A DNA stretch of 58,146 nucleotides, filler included, from Squatina squatina (lineage: Eukaryota), in the NCBI GenBank assembly GCA_031763465.1. It is 3 parts of 3 records of this genome, joined end to end, with 100 filler letters (N's around TTAATTAATTAA, not from the genome) between each part and the next. Parts side by side here need not be neighbours in the genome. Positions count along the whole stretch, not along the records: positions 25,174 to 40,975 come from JARFOE010000168.1; positions 41,076 to 58,146 come from JARFOE010000234.1; 1 more part is not named here. One strand, written 5' to 3'. Every line of letters starts with the position of its first letter. The stretch's first letter is position 1. The notes under the pieces are model-generated. The model saw nothing but the letters and a program-made list of their open reading frames with translations, did no database searches and was not told where the DNA came from. A program made the translations under genes and the position numbers. Shown here piece by piece: positions 39,259 through 53,016 of this stretch.

Positions 39259-39399
39259 GTTTACATCCGGATCAAAGATGATGAATGGAATGTGTACAGA
39301 AGATACACTGAATTCAGAGCACTACACAACAGGCTACGGACCAAGTTCCCTTCAGTGAATACCTTTCATTTTCCACCTAAAAAAGCTATTGGAAACAAG
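39259..39399 (+). CDS. SNX29: SNX29 PX-domain exon
   Basis: 141 nt, phase 0-0. Reads VYIRIKDDEWNVYRRYTEFRALHNRLRTKFPSVNTFHFPPKKAIGNK, with the PX motifs RRYxEF and FPPKK. Confidence 0.94.
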
Positions 39400-39790
39400 G
39401 TACCTTATAAATTTAGGGTTAGGGTTACCATTTTAAAAAGTCAACATTGCTGATTTTCCAATATTTGAAATATCATTGAAGTGTTAGTTCACTTACTGGT
39501 GTTTTCACTGTAACTTTCCCATTATAGATAAAACTCGTGTTAAACTCCAAGGGTGCAGCAAACCTGTGTGGAAATCAGAGTATCTTTTTCAACAGATATA
39601 GGAAGATAATTATTTGCCATAAAACTAATTTTTGTACAAGTTTTGAGAATAAGCCCATGTTCAGACCCTGGATGCAGCGTGTCTCCAGGANNNNNNNNNN
39701 NNNNNNNNNNNNNNNNNNNNNNNNNNNNNNNNNNNNNNNNNNNNNNNNNNNNNNNNNNNNNNNNNNNNNNNNNNNNNNNNNNNNNNNNNN

Positions 39791-39892
39791 GGGACAGGGT
39801 ACTGAATTTGGATGATCAGCTATGATCTCATTGAATGGCGGAGCAGGCTCGAAGGCACGAATGGCCGACTCCTGCTCCTATCTTCTATGTTT
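39791..39892 (+). mobile_element. CR1/HER1-type 3' tail
   Basis: gatcagctatgatctcattgaatggcggagcaggctcgaagg...actcctgctcctat, also seen at about 8945-9010 and 31780-31830. Confidence 0.75.
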
Positions 39893-40835
39893 CTCCAAGT
39901 AAATCAACTATATAATTTTTGAAGTTCAGCCTATTAAGTATTGACCCTGAAACATCATTTCAGTTCTATAATTTTCCAATATTCAGTACAGATATGTCTG
40001 TGTTCTTAATTGTGTCTGAGTTCCATTGCATTGTTTGTTGGATGGGAATAAGTACAGTATCATCATTCTCAGAACATTGAGCAGAGACATTTCTACTAAT
40101 TACCAGTTCTTTGTCATAGTAATTGGAATAATTTGGAGCATGTTCAAATGCATCAACTTTACTCTAAGAGCACATTATATATTGTGAGAACCTGTTCAAG
40201 GATGCATTTATTAAAAAATGTAAATTAATCATAAATATGGGGTCACGGCTAACTTTGTAGGTTCTGTATATAGTGTGATAAAAGCCTATTTTACAGATAG
40301 CTGGCCAGCTCTCAAATCGTCTTATCTTCCTTGGTAATAATAAGAATTCTAACCTTCTAATTTGTTTTAGGGCAGCTCATCGAAGCTAGCTTAATTAACT
40401 GTATTTTGATGGAATGTCTAGAAGCCTGCAATAATACCTTGATGATGTGCAATTTCTAGATGGATCTTGGCATTGGTGTGATAATTAGCATGTGTCACCT
40501 CAAAACCATTTCCAAGTTTAAATTGCAATTTTGTACTTATGAGGTAATAGGTTTCATCTAAGGCTTAGAGCGTAATACCAGTAAAGCATTAGTTTCTATA
40601 TATTGCAAATTAAAAAAGAATATTAGCATCTGAAATATTATAAAATCAAATGTAATATATATATAAATTATTCTGCTTAAGAACTTTACAGGAGACTACA
40701 AAGACATGGGTATCAAACCTTTGCTTTCTGCATTGTTGCAAACCTTAATTGTCAAAAAGTGATTGTATTTTATGGTTTCATACAATTACTGCTTTCTCGA
40801 AGGGTATGACTGTTATCTATTCGTCTGTTGGAATC

Positions 40836-40975
40836 TCTTCTTCTTCTTCTTCTGCAGTCCCTCGGGTTCGAGGATCACTTGCTTCCACTCCGGAGCTGTG
40901 GGTACTGAGGTGGCTGAAAAGTCCAACACAGGATCCGCAAGCTTGACCACAAGTGGGGCAGGTGGTAGCTGATGG
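40836..40975 (-). mobile_element. RTE-like LINE 3' end with a C-terminal C2H2 motif and (GAA)n tail
   Basis: Minus strand reads TTCPTCGQACGSCVGLFSHLSTH and ends in gaagaagaagaagaa. Confidence 0.7.
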
Positions 40976-41075
40976 NNNNNNNNNNNNNNNNNNNNNNNNN
41001 NNNNNNNNNNNNNNNNNNNTTAATTAATTAANNNNNNNNNNNNNNNNNNNNNNNNNNNNNNNNNNNNNNNNNNNN
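40976..41075. other. Artificial concatenation linker
   Basis: N44-TTAATTAATTAA-N44, identical to the first linker. Confidence 0.95.
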
Positions 41076-44000
41076 TGCTGCTTAGCGTGAAATGGACCGC
41101 AGAGAAAATGTTCTGACACTAGAACTTTGTATTTATTCGGAGAGGCAAATGGGGTTTTGATAAAGAGAAATCAGACTGAATCTAAAAATAACTGCAGTAA
41201 ACAGGGATCAAATTTCACTGTAATATTTCCAGCAATTGTGTTTTATTAATAAAATCTTCAGTATATCTAAAAAATATAAGGAAAAAGACAAAAGCTTGTG
41301 GGATAACGATCAGGCAAGATAACTTGAATCACCAAACACCATTAGCATTTAGGACAATTCAATTTTCTGATATGATTTTTTAAAGGATTTTTATAACCCT
41401 GTCCAGTCTGCTGGATTAATTGGTTTTGCCGTGCACTACATCACAATTTTATTAATTTATGGTCAGCTTTTGCAACTCATAACAGTCAAGGTGTAGCCTG
41501 ATAACCTGGTAGAGACAACAAACCATCTTAGGCTCCATGTCCTTTGTCTCTTTACTGCAGATCAGTCCAAGCCCTATTATTCCAAAGCCAGGATTAATTA
41601 GTTTTCTCGCACACATCGGATGCCTACTCTGGCCCTGAACATCATCAGTAGCGAAGCACATATTTCTAAGATTGCACCAATTTAAGCCTTCCTCCTACTC
41701 CTTCTCTAGGTGTCCANNNNNNNNNNNNNNNNNNNNNNNNNNNNNNNNNNNNNNNNNNNNNNNNNNNNNNNNNNNNNNNNNNNNNNNNNNNNNNNNNNNN
41801 NNNNNNNNNNNNNNNNCCAAATCCAGGTATGAGTGAGAACATCTCCTACCTGACATCTGCTTAATGATACACAAGAACAATTAAAGGGGTCAGCTCTCCC
41901 TGAAACTCAGGAAAGCTGAAACCCACAAGGACCTAGAGCTACTCAAGACAGGAAAGTTGACTACAAGAGCCAATTTTACCAGTTTACGACGTCATTGAAG
42001 AGCTTTGGCCACTGGCCACGCATATCAGACAATTGACAGGCAGCCAGGCATACTGTTTCCCAATACGCATGCCTGGGGGCAAGGCTCCCCACTCTTAGAA
42101 AAATCAACCTTATAGTATTCCGAAAGGAAGCAACTCTACAAAAAGAAGCTAGTTTTCACAAGCTGACTCACAGGCATTTGTTAAAAGCTATGATTTTTCA
42201 TTTTGTTTCATGTAATGCAATATCCTGGTTGAAAGTAAATTTTGTTCATCTGGCAAAATTCTGTGAAACTACATCACACAACTTCAAACCACAAGTAGTT
42301 CATCTACAGTGGTATCAACTTACCCACATGTATCCAAGGACAGAAATATAATAGAGCTTTAATTTTCTGTAAAATTACATAACCAAACCAATATGAAATC
42401 ACAGTGTGCAGCACTTGCTTCTTGACCCAATGCAGCAAAAAATATATATATAGATTATATATCTGGTGGGTATTTGACTTGCATTCTGCTGTTTTCTCCT
42501 GAATATTGGCCTGTTTGCTTGCATTGTCTGCTGTTCCATAGTACCTTGTTTTGCAATTATTTTGATAAGATTTAATCCACTGGAGCAGTTTGACTTTGAA
42601 CTGAGAATTGACATTCTTAAAACGGTACAGTAGGTGTCACTCTTATCTGTAAATGAACTCCCTCATCTCTATGTCTCTCACTCTTTTTCTAGAGTGCAGG
42701 TGGCGAAAGATGATGAAACTGACTTAATTTACAATTTGTATTGTTGCCCATGGGCTTTCATGATAATAGTCACAAAACAGTACCAGCCTCTGTTCCTTCA
42801 TCCCTTATTGCTTCATTCTGCCAATTAAAGCTGAAATAGCTTCAATTTTTGATAGTTAAATATATTTTAATTTAATCAGTTACCAGAACTGGTATATAAT
42901 TTGCAAGAAAAAGGATTTTACATTATACATAGCTGAGATTGAAGCCTGAAAGCTGAAATCCTAGACTGAAACGCTTATCGCGACTTGAAGTATTTAATCA
43001 GTTTNNNNNNNNNNNNNNNNNNNNNNNNNNNNNNNNNNNNNNNNNNNNNNNNNNNNNNNNNNNNNNNNNNNNNNNNNNNNNNNNNNNNNNNNNNNNNNNN
43101 NNNNAATCTGCGGATTGGAGAGGGCAGAACTAAATTGATCTTTAATTTCCGTAAAACACAGGAATGGAATTAACGATGTAATAATTTCCTGATTAAGATA
43201 GACAGCTCTTTCTAGGAGCCAGGAAAAAGGCAATGGATCCTGATCCATTACACCTCAATTTGAGGAGATTGCTAATACTTAATGGCCTTGCTGCGCTGGA
43301 ATCAATGAACACTGAAGGCTGTCAGAAGGAATTATGAGGCCTTTGCTGTGCTGCAGATTATAACCAGCAGTCATTTCTAACAAATTCAGCTGGAAGGCAA
43401 CAAAAGTGTTCCTATTGACAGGCAGATTTGCAATAAATTAGTTTTCTGCCACATTACAAATGTAACCAGGAGCATAATAGGATGCACACCATCTAGTTAT
43501 TCAATAAAAACCTAAATTGGTTTCTAATATCTATGATACACTGCGTCATTTCCCAACTCTGAGTGGGGTGCAAACACAATCTATACCCCTGCATTTTTAA
43601 CATCCTTCAATGTAAATGCTCGGAAGCTAGGATATATTTCTCATTGTGGGTGAGGTTTGACAGTTCAGTTAACAACTTACCAAGACCAACAAAAAAAAAA
43701 TGGGAATTTTTTCCATTTTTTACACTGTTCAGGGTCTCCTGGAATAAATTGAGGAAAGTTAACCCTCCCAAAAAACATTGCTCCTTACAGATTATTGAGC
43801 TTTGTTAAAAGTTAATCAAGAGTAAATCATGCAATTTTGTTCAAAGTGAGGTATATGTGAAGGTTACATTTATTGCTTACCTTTGATTGATTTATGAAGG
43901 AACAGCGAGATGTCAAAGTCTAAATAGTGCTCTGCCAGAAGTAGGGGCAGTTTGGGAGTGTGCGCAGGAACATGAGTAATGTATTTGCACCCCCTTTACT

Positions 44001-45630
44001 AAGGCAATCCATACTGGCAACCNNNNNNNNNNNNNNNNNNNNNNNNNNNNNNNNNNNNNNNNNNNNNNNNNNNNNNNNNNNNNNNNNNNNNNNNNNNNNN
44101 NNNNNNNNNNNNNNNNNNNNNNGTCCACCAGCCGGGCTGTCCATTTGGCCGGCTGCTGGGTGGGAAATAGAGCTGAAAATGTTGATGAGGTCCTGCCGTT
44201 AAGTTCGGCATGACCTCCGCGACCCTGGCCTTGCTAGCTTCGTCAGCTGCTTTCGGCCTCAACCACAGCTTGCCCATCTCCCTGTGAATATCGCCATTGT
44301 GTCTATGGGTGGTGGTTGCAAGTGTCATCTTGTGCTGCACCTTAAACCTACAAATACTGAGCAGAGAGCAACTGGTTAAACTTCTTCTCAACACACCCCA
44401 AACATCCCCTCACCACCAACCATTGTTTGTCAAACCAGCAATATTTCAATAAATTGTAGGCTGCCTTTCAGTGCCTGGGTCAGGGAAATTTTACAAAACG
44501 CCAGGACCCCCTTCCCACGGCCAGAGTGAATGCTAAAGTCTGACAGCAGGACATTGGGCAAAAGCTATCTATGAGATTGTAGGACTGTTAGTTTTATAGA
44601 GAGCTTTCACTGTTGCTGCAGATGGGTGAGGCAGCCCAGCTTCCATAGTGCTCACTTGCTTTTTCTTCCTCTCCAACAAGATAAAGCAAGAAAAGTGCTG
44701 GGAATTAGCAGTGCAGCGGGTACGTATGTGTGATCGTGACCCTGAGATAGGAGGGTATGAGACTGTGATCTCGCTTGCAAGATCTCCACTGAATGTGGGA
44801 GCTTGGGTAGGCGAGTTATGACAATTCTGGGAAATCTGATCCCTGCAACTGCCAGGGCCTTCAGAATCAAAGATGCCACCACCTTCTTTCAGTCTCCCTC
44901 CCCCCAATCTTCTGTGCATTCCCATTTATGTGGATAAGAAATCAAATCAATTTGCAGTTATTCCTGAAGGGCTCTGNNNNNNNNNNNNNNNNNNNNNGCG
45001 AATGCAATGAGGAGACATAGCTGCTTCTCTGATTGTGCCTGTTCCTATGTTTCTTCTTTTAATGAGTCAAAGTAATAAATCACTTTTCATCTCACATTCC
45101 TGCAGCAGCGCAATAATTAATCATCTTGTCTGGTGACGTTTAAGCACCGTCCACCGACCAGTAATATGTGAGCTTTCATTAAACCCCGATACCCTTTAAA
45201 TTTAATTTAGCTGGATAAATAGTGCTGCATTCAAAGAGTCATAAAAATTAATTGCACTGCAGAGGGTCAGCCTTATTGTTTTTTTTCAAAAATTGCCATT
45301 TATGTTGCTGTTTCTGTGAATATAGTGGAAGGTTAAAGAAAAATAATTCTTTTATTGGGTAATCATTTCTTGCTCACATGCAGCTTTTGTGCCATCAATA
45401 AGCTCGGCGCATTAACAGGTAAATCCATATCTCTATTTATATTCTTCTGTGAAATATCTCATCTCATGTCTTGTACCTAATGGCAGGGAAACAGGAAAGA
45501 TGATCCTTTTTAGATGAGAAAGATAGAGCCTTAAAAGTGAGATGCATGAACACAGAGCTGATTGGTCTATCTGTAAGTGATATCCTTCACTGTCAGGTTC
45601 TCCCACTGGGGAAAAGAAATACTGCAGTGA

Positions 45631-46340
45631 GGGGGTGAAATTGGCCCTTTTTATAGCCTCGTTAGCACCCCCTGAAGGCGCTAAAGGGGCGTAAATGAGT
45701 TTTTGCCTATGAGAGGGGGCGCTATCGTCTCCTGGGGATTTGCCCGGGATGTTGTGGAAGCACTAGCATGACAGCCTCAGGCCACCACGCAACCATCGCC
45801 GTGCTCGGCAACCCCTCAGTGCCCCACGCCGACCCCATAAAGCCCCGCAGGGGAAATTGCCCCCGCGGGACTTGAGGCCGGCGCGAGCCGATGGTGACGC
45901 AAAGCTTGGTGGGTATCGGCTCCTGGGGTGTTCCCTAAAGGGGAGGGCACCAGCGCCCCAGGCTGACATCTTTTTTTTGGTCAGCCGATTCTCGGGTCAG
46001 CCAACCAATGGCGGCCCCTAGCGCTTCTCCGGGCCGCCATCGTGCAGCCTGGCACGCCGACTTGGGTGCCGGGCTGCTGGCCCAGTCGCACTGCCCCCTG
46101 GTGGCCCGGTGGCGGCGAGCGGAGGCCGTGGTGAGCGCGCGGCGGCCCGCCCCTTTAATTCAAGGGGAGGGATGTTGTCGTGCGTTTGCGATCCGTGGAT
46201 CATTTGCGTAGCGCTGCACAACTGCCCCGGCACCGCCCTGTTACTGTCCCCGAAGGAAGCGGAGCACCGGGGAGAGCGCCCCACAGGGCGGTGAGGGCAA
46301 TTCCGCCTCGGGGGTGGACTTCTGTGCTGGGCGCCAGAAA
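45631..46340 (+). mobile_element. GC/CpG-rich MITE-like element
   Basis: Starts GGGGGTGAAATT followed by the hairpin gttagcacc..ggcgctaa; both ends resemble the reverse complement of 53017-53716; sharp GC boundaries. Confidence 0.65.
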
Positions 46341-48055
46341 ATATAAAAATAAATAGAACTAAAGCCAGTCATTTCATGCTGAATTTTTCTAACCTGCAGC
46401 CAGAAATTTACAAGCACGTCGCAATCGGTAAATTTCCATCACCAGTAATTGGCCTCCAATTAACTTCAGGATTTACAGTAATTAGACTTTGTGGCATTAA
46501 GGAGATGAGCTGTCTTAAATGACCGGTCCATTTTAGAGGTTGATATGTCTTAGTATAATGATGGGCTGTTATAAAACAACGTATAATCTAAATTAACATT
46601 GGCAATACCACAGGGAGGATCCATCCCGGGAGTACTTGNNNNNNNNNNNNNNNNNNNNNNNNNNNNNNNNNNNNNNNNNNNNNNNNNNNNNNNNNNNNNN
46701 NNNNNNNNNNNNNNNNNNNNNNNNNNNNNNNNNNNNNNTTTCGCTAAAAAGAGAAGCTGAAATCAACCAAGGAAGAAAAAAATAACGAAAGACGAAAAAG
46801 AAGAGGGAAGAGTTTCCAAAGTGTTGTCATTAGGCTTCTCCATAGTCAGCATAAGCCTATTTGATATTATGGTGGAGAGGGGGCAATAAATGTGAAGTGA
46901 AGTGAGAGCAATCAGTGGGCTTTCATTCACAGAGATGGAAGAGCCTGTCATGGACACACACAACTAATCAACTCCTGACAGTGACTGATATTCAAACCCA
47001 CATCCAAATCTATCACATTGACCAAACAATGTTTACCGTTTACTCAGTAGATGGATAAAGTGACGGTAATGTACAGCACCAAGGCAAGCAGACCATTAAT
47101 TCTCCTTAATATGCTACCTGAAGTGTAAATCTTCTCCCTGCAACTAGATTTATTTTCTGCTGTGGGTTGGTTGAAATTTTTGCTTTCAAGTGACAAAGTT
47201 GTTGTGCTGGATTTGATTTCCATATTCACCACTTAGCTGTCACGTACCATTAAATCTATTGCAGCATTTATTAACATGTTAATTAAAATGGCTGAGGAAG
47301 ATAAGATGTGATCTAGACATAGTAGAGGCAGCTTTAGTATTCCTTTGGCATGCAAAAGATGGTGCCTGTTATAAAATNNNNNNNNNNNNNNNNNNNNNNN
47401 NNNNNNNNNNNNNNNNNNNNNNNNNNNNNNNNNNNNNNNNNNNNNNNNNNNNNNNNNNNNNNNNNNNNNNNNNNNNNGATCCAGGACCCTTAGGTAAGTA
47501 CGTATTTTTTTTTGCGATTGGAGGCACCCGCACGCAGGAAGCCTCCAATCGCAATTTGAGGCCCTATAAGTGAAAGTGTGTTAATTTTAATCTCAATAAA
47601 ACTGGTCAAATTTGCTTTTACATTTGGATGTCAAGTAACGTGATTGTTTACAGAGCTTCTGTGCACAGTCTACATAGCTTACAGTTAGTTACTCTTCAGA
47701 GATTTGTTCCTGCATTTCTTGGCAGCAAAGTCATCAATGATACTCTGAAACTCAATTGTCTTTTGACAGTTCTCTTTCAATCGCCCAGATTGATAGCAAG
47801 CTCATTTGNNNNNNNNNNTACCTTCTTCACATGACCCACAGTGGAGAAGGAGCATTTATCTGGGCAGTGGCAGATATCAGTGTAAGACAAATGTGCCCAG
47901 TGAGCTCAGGGCTCAGAAATGCTGACTCCAGACCCATCAACGGCAAGATTTTGCACAGTTGAAACAAAAATAGGAAACTGCACAATCTGGTAATGAGATT
48001 GAATTCTTGTCATCTTATATTACAAGCTAAATTTACAGAACAGCAATAACATTGT

Positions 48056-48790
48056 GGGGGATTTTAATCTCAAAGAGAGCATGGATTTGGGTGCGGGTGA
48101 TGGGTGAAAACTGGAAAAAATGGAAGCCCGTCAAGAAGCAGGCACCAAGCTGACAATGTCCGCATTTAACTTGTGCACGTTAGGCTGCTTGAGCTCAGTC
48201 CCCTTGGGAGAGACAGGTTGTCTATTAGCCTATGTTAATCACTCAACTGTAGCAATATTTCAATTGATTTTTGAAATTATTCAGCACATCCATGGGTTTC
48301 CTGAAACTCAGCAGTGAAAGCAAGGTGCTAACACAATGCAACTGAGAGGACTGAATCAAACTCATCGAAATACTGCAATAAATACTTAGTACTCACAGCT
48401 GCTTTGTTACCTGCTAGTTGAATGGGTTTGTTCATCGTAGTTTGGTGAGAGTTTACTTTCTACACTTTGGAGGCTTATTGAGTCACATCAGGATGGGTGG
48501 CGCCTTGGCTGCCATGGATTAGACCTCGGACGAGGAGCAACATGATCAGCACCAGCAACAGGATCAGCAGCAACAGCCTCAGAGAGTTGCAGCTGGACAG
48601 CAGATAGAGGGGAGCGGCAGATAGAGGGGAATGGCAGAGAGGGGACCGACAGAGAGAGAACCAGCAGAGTGGGGAGTAACTCGCAGGAGACACTACCCAA
48701 ACCAGTGTCCACAGGCAGAGGCTGAGTTTCGTTGACATGTTGGATGAGCAGTGTTTCAGGAGGCTCAGTTGGTCACGTCAGGTGGTTAGC
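48056..48790 (+). mobile_element. PIF/Harbinger relic: left portion and transposase N-terminus
   Basis: Gln-rich stretch, then RRRHYP and, after a frameshift, VHRQRLSFVDMLDEQCFRRLSWSRQVV, typical of the HARBI1-like transposase N-terminus. Confidence 0.7.
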
Positions 48791-50271
48791 ACACTCCACA
48801 CCTTCAGTGGAAGTGGGTGAATGCACACACAGCTCCAAGAAAATTGNNNNNNNNNNNNNNNNNNNNNNNNNNNNNNNNNNNNNNNNNNNNNNNNNNNNNN
48901 NNNNNNNNNNNNNNNNNNNNNNNNNNNNNNNNNNNNNNNNNNNNNNACCACTGGTGTACAGGAGAAACAGCAGCACAGACTGGGTGGGCCATAAAGCTTG
49001 TGGCCATGTTGTAATTTCTATGCTAAAGATTCTTTAAAAAATTGGCCAGGAACCACATTTTACCATAACTGGAAATATTTTTTTAAAATTTTAATGGGCT
49101 CGATTCTCCTGGCAGATATCACCCTGCTGAGCAGATCGCAGCAATTATACACCAATGCCACTTAATAAGGTGATAGCTACAAGTAACANNNNNNNNNNTG
49201 GAATTTTGAGCACATTAGGTCTGCTTTAATTCTTTTTGAAAGGTGAATGGAGCCCTTGGGACTTGATTTTATACTCGACAGGTATGGATCCATTCTGGAA
49301 ATGAAAGGACTTTCGTTTTACCTGTTCAAGATGGGTTTAGACTGTAATTAATAAATAATTCAGGCTTAAATACTATTGTGTCTGAATAATTCTACAATTA
49401 AACACTTTAATTAGTCAATGGTCAATAACAGATTAAAGCAGGACTGAACTTAAAGCTGCTAATGAATTGTTTGTGATAAAGTTATACAACAATATATCAG
49501 CCACCTGAAACCTGTTCTTCCCACCTTACTAGACCCTAGTGTGCTATTGAGCNNNNNNNNNNNNNNNNNNNNNNNNNNNNNNNNNNNNNNNNNNNNNNNN
49601 NNNNNNNNNNNNNNNNNNNNNNNNNNNNNNNNNNNNNNNNNNNNNNNNNNNNGTGCGGTTATGAATCCATTTTCACACAAACACTCCACAATTAGTGAAC
49701 TTAGAAGTTGGCTTTTTCTTTGGTAGAATAGATTTTATGCTTTGAGACTTTTTCGCCTTTTACATATCGCTTTTCAATTAGACAACTTAACTCAGAGATG
49801 TGGCTAGCTCTAAATGGCAATCCAGGTTATGAACGTGATATTGAAAATTCCACAACTGTGCCTGGATTTAATGCTGCAAGTACACTCTGACAGTAATGCT
49901 GACTGACTGAAGTACTTTACTGTGGACAACACCGCTGGGCATTTCTAGTCCAATAGAATTCTGCAGCACCTGGTCTTTAGCTTCTTTACCACTGTGTCAG
50001 CCCCTGAAGTAGATTTGCACCTTTTTAGCTTCAATATTTAGTATCAAAGAAATTACGCACTTCATTACTCCTAACCGCACCTCAATGCACAATAATTAAT
50101 TGCTAATAAGCAGCAAACTGAAATTATTGACATTGAAGCAATTGAACAAAATTGTTTGGTCTCCCAGGACANNNNNNNNNNNNNNNNNNNNNNNNNNNNN
50201 NNNNNNNNNNNNNNNNNNNNNNNNNNNNNNNNNNNNNNNNNNNNNNNNNNNNNNNNNNNNNNNNNNNNNNN

Positions 50272-50350
50272 GTGCTCAAATCTCTGGACTTGAACCCACA
50301 ACTGTCTGACTCAGAAGAGAGAGTGCTACCAACTGGGCAACTGGCTGACA
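50272..50350 (-). mobile_element. SINE tRNA-like head
   Basis: Reverse complement cagttggtagcactctctcttctgagtcagacagttgtgggttcaagtccagagatttgagcac has A-box and B-box-like motifs and matches the head at 18005. Confidence 0.7.
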
Positions 50351-53016
50351 CCATGGGCCCCTGAGCATTTGCAAAAAAAAGACACGTTAACGTTTGGGGT
50401 GTTGATCCTTGTCCTGGTGAAGGTTTTGTACTTGAAACATTAACCCTGCCTTTTTTCTTTATAGATGCTCACAGACCTACTCTGTATTTCCAGCATTTTC
50501 TGTATTTATTCCAGACTTCCAGTATTTGCACTGTTTTATTTTTCTATTTTGGTCCAGGTAATTGCTCTCTACTACACCCAACTCTTACCTGTGACATCTC
50601 AGAATTGCTTGTACTGAACATTCCCAAAACCAGTTGAAAGGATGAACTAAACCAAGTTGTGCCAATAGTTAATTCTGCCAATACGGAGGCTTATCTACCC
50701 TCTAGTACTTGAAGGCTCAGTGTGGCAGACTTAGAGGTACACATCCAATTGTTTAATGGCAAAAACTAACAATAGAAAGGGTGTGGCACCAAGAATCACA
50801 ACTTTGGTGTGTATACGATTACAGTCGCTCACTGCAGAAGGATTTTAAGAGACTCATCATGCATTTCTCCCTTGTCAACTACAGAAATCATGATGAAGTT
50901 TCCGAGAGAGATTTATCATCACTATGAACATTCTGGCTAGCCATTTAGAAAAGTCAGTGAGAATAGATGCCTTTAATATATTGCACTTCACCCTTTTGAG
51001 CTTAGCCTTGTAATTGTTAACAGATCTTATGAGCAGAACACGTACTCACAATTCAATCAAGGTTTTAATGAGCTATATGCCGAAGTGAAGTGTACTTTAT
51101 ATGAAGGTGGTGACAATGTCATCTATTTCTGTCAGAATGCATCCCCTTATTTTATTTAGGTGGGAAAAAAACACTCCCACTAATAACAGAAAGAAAATCC
51201 TTGAGCTCGATCCTCTTGATTACTTCAGCAAGTACCGAAAGATAGTTTTGTTTTTTTACTTTTTTCATAAAATAAGGCTTCTAAAATCCCAAAGTAATCT
51301 ATTTTCCCCCCAAAAGAACCATCTCTGCAATCACCTGATTGGGATGGGCAGAAACTTTACCNNNNNNNNNNNNNNNNNNNNNNNNNNNNNNNNNNNNNNN
51401 NNNNNNNNNNNNNNNNNNNNNNNNNNNNNNNNNNNNNNNNNNNNNNNNNNNNNNNNNNNNNAAGTGCGTTACAGCCAACTGAGTATTTCTGAAGTGTAGT
51501 CATGGTTGTAAAGTAGGGAAATGCTGTTGTAATGCAGTTGACACTGCAGTCTATTATATATTTGAATTGGAAAGGGCTGGTAAAGCAGATGGTCAACCCA
51601 GTCAGTATACCGTCAGCAAACCTCCTCCATACAGTTCCAGGATCAAAGGTCCCCTGAATCATCTTAAGTTCTCTCTGTGGGGTTTGGCAGATCTGCATCC
51701 AGCTCTCCTGGTGTTCCCTCCTCCAGCAAGACTGTGAATCCCCCTTCAATGGACAGGCACTCAGGAGCCAATTTTCCTTAAGCAGGTAAATAGAACAAAA
51801 TAACCAAATGTAATCATGCATATTTAGCCTAGACATCCATGATACAGTATTGCCATGTTAACATCATGGGTAATTATGTGCATGCAATTCTAGTCATAGT
51901 GTACGTCATGCAGTATTTTTCTTACTACCTCAGCTTGTACTGGAAACAATTAAAATTGGTTTTAAAGTTAAAAAGATTTATTCTTCCTAATTATATATTC
52001 AATGTCATTTTTTTGCTCTCCATTCCAATCTTTCAATCCAATTTCATACATAAATGAGATTTGCAACATGGCCTGATCACTCTCCAGGGTGTCAGTGTAT
52101 GGGTTAGTGCAGTTTTTTTACTCATATTCTGGAGTCTTTCACACTGCCGGCATTAATACCACAGGTGTCTTGGTGTGGCAGTTTCAACACATTTTTCTCT
52201 CCGGATAAATACTGTAACCATGACAAGCATAATGGCCCAGAATTTGATGAAAAAATAATGGCGTGTGAACGACACATGATGTTATTAAAGTGCAAGTCGT
52301 CAGGCAACTTGTGGCAAGGGAGAGATACAATGTGAATTGCAAATCGCCACAAGTTGCTGGCCGATTTGCGCTGCTCCACTGNNNNNNNNNNNNNNNNNNN
52401 NNNNNNNNNNNNNNNNNNNNNNNNNNNNNNNNNNNNNNNNNNNNNNNNNNNNNNNNNNNNNNNNNNNNNNNNNNNNNNNNNNNNNNNNNNNNNNNNNNNN
52501 NNNNNNNNNNNNNNNNNNNNNNNNNNNNNNNNNNNNNNNNNNNNNNNNNNNNNNNNNNNNNNNNNNNNNNNNNNNNNNNNNNNNNNNNNNNNNNNNNNNN
52601 NNNNNNNNNNNNNNNNNNNNNNNNNNNNNNNNNNNNNNNNNNNNNNNNNNNNNNNNNNNNNNNNNNNNNNNNNNNNNNNNNNNNNNNNNNNNNNNNNNNN
52701 NNNNNNNNNNNNNNNNNNNNNNNNNNNNNNNNNNNNNNNNNNNNNNNNNNNNNNNNNNNNNNNNNNNNNNNNNNNNNTTGTGTTGCTCATGGTGAATCCC
52801 TGTTTTAATGGGGGAATGCTGGGGTGTGGAGGTAGGGGACATGTGCGCAACTTTACAGAAAAGAATTTGGATAGAAGCGTGCAAGAGATCCCTCCTGGAA
52901 TGGTGCATTAAATATTTTTTTGATTGGACTGTGGAAAGTAAATGTTTTGCTTACTTTCTACAGATAGATGACTAAACCCTATAGTTACAATAATAATAGT
53001 TAGTGTTAACCTCTCC

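Noticed and set aside
44657-44742. Minus-strand exon-like segment with ctcag and gtgag boundaries
   Set aside because: Neither open frame resembles a protein I recognise and there are no partner exons.
45631-46340. CpG-island promoter or GC-rich coding ORFs here and at 53017-53716
   Set aside because: Shared termini between copies and sharp boundaries indicate repeats, and the ORFs show no recognisable motifs.
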